Below are positions 60,475-64,000 of a DNA stretch of 64,000 nt, piece after piece. A model generated the notes under the pieces. It did no database searches. It saw only the letters and a list, made by a program, of their open reading frames with translations, and had not been told where the DNA came from. Origin of the DNA: Utricularia gibba (lineage: Eukaryota; Plantae; Magnoliophyta); NCBI GenBank assembly GCA_002189035.1, contig NEEC01000002.1, positions 806,001-870,000 on the forward strand. The letters are read 5' to 3'. The position numbers and the translations under genes are program-made. The number at the start of each line of letters is the position of its first letter. The stretch's first letter is position 1.

Positions 60475-61153
60475 AGTCTTTGATCTCTTCCATACCACCC
60501 AATGAATCAGGATTAAACTTGTGCTTTCCGGCGTGTGTGGAGGCCTATCAGTAAGATCACCATACAAGTAAAGAGAGAATCTCTGGCTAAACCAGTAATC
60601 CGATATTGCTTTGTTGTCTGTGTTGTCGTTTGAATGTTTTTTAAGCCTTTGTGTTGCAATAGATGCTTCTATAAATAAACTGTAGCAAACCCCTGCATTA
60701 AACTTTCAAGAAATTTTGAACAGACTGATGATAAAAGGAGACGAGGCATAAAATCTTTTCAAAGCCATTGAACACACAATAGCCGGTGCCCCTAGGGAAC
60801 GCCCACAGCACCGCGTTGGAGTGGTGTAGAGCTACTCTGAACTTGCTCGTAGCTCGACCAGGGAATCCGACGGCAGCGAAACCGAGTTGGTCGGGTTTCA
60901 CTGAGACGAAGCTGCCGTGGAATTGATTCCAGGGGAGGAGAACGACTCACAGGAGGCCGTCGGGTTCCCGTCGTGCATAACAGGGCGGGGACGCCCCTGT
61001 CAACACAGAGAAAAGCTTTCGACAAGCAGAACAAACAACTATGCACACTTCTTACTGATTCAACCCCTTCAGCTACCACTGTAACAATTCACAAGCAAAA
61101 CAACACCACACCGCACAGTACAAGGATGTGAAGAACAACCGGACTATACATGA

Positions 61154-61489
61154 TCATCTCTTGGCCTTTTTACCAGGCTTTAGCTTGCCATGATCTCGCT
61201 TAATCATCTTCCCTTGTTTCAAGTACTTCTTGGCATCAACTTTTCGTTCACCCTCGCGGGTCTCATGACGCCGATACCTCGGAGCGGATGATGCATCGGA
61301 ATCCATCGAACTATCATCCTCTTTATAATAACAGCAATAAGTCTTGCCACTTTCCTTCTCATCAGTGACACCAGCGTCTCGTTGCTCATCCCCGTCTTGT
61401 TCTTCATGGCACGGCGAAGCAATGTACATCGTCCAGCTCGATTCATTGCTACATGCTTCTTCCTGGAGTATCTCTGATTTGGAATCCAT
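61154..61489 (-). CDS. SOFL: SOB FIVE-LIKE (SOFL) family protein (111 aa)
   Basis: SOFL-A-like CSNESSWTMYI and SOFL-B-like SSMDSDASS motifs, with a basic C-terminus. Confidence 0.75.
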   Translation of the reverse strand: MDSKSEILQEEACSNESSWTMYIASPCHEEQDGDEQRDAGVTDEKESGKTYCCYYKEDDSSMDSDASSAPRYRRHETREGERKVDAKKYLKQGKMIKRDHGKLKPGKKAKR

Positions 61490-62529
61490 GGAGACTCATG
61501 CATAAGGAAACCCTTTCTGAGATAGAATGTGCAGGTCTCTTGATCTTCCAAAAGGAAGCATTTTATGCAGAACGTGCTCATGAAAACTTACTCTAAAAAT
61601 AATGTGCTTGTTGCTTTAAAGGGAAACAGGAGAGCCCACCTCAGAATGGCAGCAGAAACGTGTAAGGCTGTGGATCAAGCAACCATACATTTATTTGCTC
61701 TATCCAGTCTACAGCTTGGAGATATGCATATTGAACAGACTTGTGCTTTGATCCCATGGTCGAAACTGGGAACCCCTTGGCTACACTCAATTATGAGACC
61801 AGTGCTTCTTCTGTCACTGTCTTCCACACATGACCTCAGCTGTTTTGAATCCTTTACAGGGGGCTGGATGCAATATCCGAAAAGTGGAGGACTGGTGTGA
61901 AAATTGTGATGTGTACCATGGTGTTGGATTAGGAATTGGCCCAATTAATTTGGTTTGTGTGGGTCTGGCCCATATAAAGGCCTGCGATTATGCGTTGGCC
62001 AATCGCTGCTTGGAAAGCTTGGGGGAAATGCGATGAAATTTCGCACCTCCGAAAGTTTCGTGGGAAGCAATTCACCTGTGCCACCTTCTACCTAGTCTCA
62101 TATCGGCGATTCCAGGTGCGTAGATTGGATCTTCTGTACAGTTGCTTTCGTTGATTGGTAATATTTTTTTCGCTTAGATTTACTTTCTGCAGTGTATTCC
62201 CCTAATGCGGCATATGCAAGGACTAATTATGGAGAAATGGCGATATTTTGGTTTTCTGGTGTTGTTTTCATCTCACTGTTAGGTGGAGAATTTGTGTGTT
62301 TTATTGGTCGTGGTGTATGGGGTTGATTTGGGTTTGGAGATGTTTTGTATTCGACTTTCTTGCTGAGTTTTAGGTGCCTTGTGGGTTTGGTGTTTGGAAT
62401 GGTTTAATTAAAATAGTTCTCATTTGGGATTTTTGAGATAGAAGAGGTACACATAGAATGGTGAAAAATGTTTTATGGACTTCAATATTCTGATGACTGA
62501 CAACTTGTATGTAGCACTTGGAAGAAGAG

Positions 62530-63303
62530 ATGGATGATGTAATAACAGATATCCCACCTCCATCAAGGTTTCTGATTGAAGATTTGAACAATTTCACTCT
62601 CCGGGATCCTACACTTCCGACTCCGTTCCTTGATCTCTTTGGTGCTGATGCTAAGCAAACCTTGTCCCCTTCACTCCTCATCATTGCGATGTCTTCCTCC
62701 TCTATCCATATTTTACAACACTCGTCCCCGAAAACTCCATTAGGAGCTCTTGTTTTACCTGGTCTCTTGCCTGATGAAAGCAAATCATGTGACATCTATG
62801 CCCTCGATAGTTCTAATAAACCTGTTGTGTTCGTGTTGGTTCATACCCCAATTTCTCCTGAGAGAACTCATGCAGTTGCCAAATCACTGATTGGTGATAA
62901 GATCAACCCTCAGAATGTTTTGATTCTAGATTCTATCCAGAGCTGTAATTTCCGGGGAAAGCTTATGCATGACGAAGTGACTGTTTTCAAACTGGAGACA
63001 TCACTCGAGAGAAAAAACGCTGATGCCGGGGATTGTCTTCTCAGACAAGTTAACTACTACCCTTCTGGAAGCGTAGTGGATGGACTGGCTGCAGCACTTT
63101 TGGCACGCTGCGAAATGAAAAGGATCAAGGGCAGCCTGTGCTTGTCATGGCCTGAATTCGGTATCCCGGTTATGTCTATGATCAAGTCCATTCTGGAGAA
63201 GGATGTGCTGAGTGGCGTAGAGTTCAGTGTTGATGGAAACCATGAAGAGTATCTGAAGCTGAGCCGGAGGAAGCAGAGTAGATGCTCTGACTTGTATGCT
63301 TAG
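62530..63303 (+). CDS. PAC1: Proteasome assembly chaperone 1 (PAC1/PSMG1-like), single exon
   Basis: MDDVITDIPPPSRF..DLNNF, LDSIQS.NFRG, YPSGSVVDGL, SWPEFG and DLY* closely parallel the Arabidopsis PAC1 protein as I recall it. Confidence 0.8.
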   Translation: MDDVITDIPPPSRFLIEDLNNFTLRDPTLPTPFLDLFGADAKQTLSPSLLIIAMSSSSIHILQHSSPKTPLGALVLPGLLPDESKSCDIYALDSSNKPVVFVLVHTPISPERTHAVAKSLIGDKINPQNVLILDSIQSCNFRGKLMHDEVTVFKLETSLERKNADAGDCLLRQVNYYPSGSVVDGLAAALLARCEMKRIKGSLCLSWPEFGIPVMSMIKSILEKDVLSGVEFSVDGNHEEYLKLSRRKQSRCSDLYA

Positions 63304-63695
63304 CTCTTGAGCCCTTGTGCAACTTGTGCCCATTTTGCATTCTTCACTCGGGGATATCTGTTCTTACAATTACACTGAACATCTCCCGTTCTACTAGGCA
63401 TTCATTTTCCATATGGGAGTTAGACGCCAGTGTTGGGTTTCCTTGTAAACAATTCATGTTCTCAAGCTGCAAACTTTGACAACAATTGCATAGATGGATA
63501 TTGGATAGTGGTGGTAGGCAAACCAATGAATTTATTAGCTAGGAAATGAAAGAGTTCAAAGGCGACATAACCGTCGCGAGCAGGCACAGACAACCGCACG
63601 CACAACTACTAACGACATAGTCGTCACTGTTTATTGGAAGCAGACAATAACAAGCTGGAAAATGCAACTCCTTTTCTTGTTCATCTTCGACTGGA

Positions 63696-64000
63696 TCATT
63701 CTTCCCTGCCGTCCGTATCGGAATCTTCTCCAGCGAAGCATTTCAGAATGGATATCGGAGACCCGCAGAACCCAGTAGTCATCACGAACTTTTGGAACAT
63801 GATCGATCCTCCCAGCTCAAGGCCCTCGGTATATTTTTCTTCACAGGAGTAGCCTTCGATGTCAAGTTCCCGGATATGATCATAGAGTTCAGTGCCATAT
63901 TCAGCATGCACGGAGATGGAGAACTCCTGTGGTTCAAAACAAGATAGAACCCTCTTGATCAGCAGTTCCAGATTCATATTCTTCAAGTCGTATCCAGAAG
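63696..64000 (-). CDS. SAMDC: 3' end of S-adenosylmethionine decarboxylase proenzyme (gene continues past the right edge)
   Basis: GYEEVDLK..L..LIKRVLSCFEPQEFSISVH and the C-terminal CGSPISILKC. Confidence 0.88.
   Translation of the reverse strand, partial: SGYDLKNMNLELLIKRVLSCFEPQEFSISVHAEYGTELYDHIRELDIEGYSCEEKYTEGLELGGSIMFQKFVMTTGFCGSPISILKCFAGEDSDTDGREE

Noticed and set aside
1080-63852. Most short ORFs in the track that are antisense to or overlap real genes (e.g. 1080..1340, 4708..5049, 18046..18711, 39821..40114, 43010..43510)
   Set aside because: They are shadows of real CDSs on the other strand or frame and have no independent motif support.

Overview
Eukaryotic nuclear DNA from a eudicot flowering plant with an unusually compact genome. 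The window holds about 20 recognisable protein-coding genes plus at least one clear pseudogene, and many introns are only 68-105 nt. That density suggests (inference only) a miniature genome such as the Lentibulariaceae (Utricularia/Genlisea). Genes in order: 3' end of an unknown gene, a multi-pass membrane protein, AGO7, mitochondrial UCP3/PUMP3, a MIXTA-like R2R3-MYB, an alpha-expansin, a RING-CH/DUF3675 E3 ligase, a CLE45-like peptide, sphingoid base hydroxylase, a decayed CYP23 cyclophilin, a PRE/ILI atypical HLH, FOUR LIPS/MYB88, an RLCK-VII (PBL) kinase, a PQQ-type beta-propeller protein, an HD-Zip I, AMP deaminase, thioredoxin h, a type II DnaJ, a BIGPETAL-like bHLH, a SOFL protein, proteasome chaperone PAC1 and the 3' end of SAMDC. 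No tRNA, rRNA, snRNA, CRISPR array or intact transposon was recognised. Five one-base frameshifts in four otherwise intact genes all fall at G/C runs and are most likely long-read assembly errors. The least explained content is decaying genes (CYP23, two PPR-like relics), several spliced-looking orphan units, two hairpin-rich islands and unusual translation-start architectures. I found no well-supported, wholly new biological system; these are leads, not discoveries.
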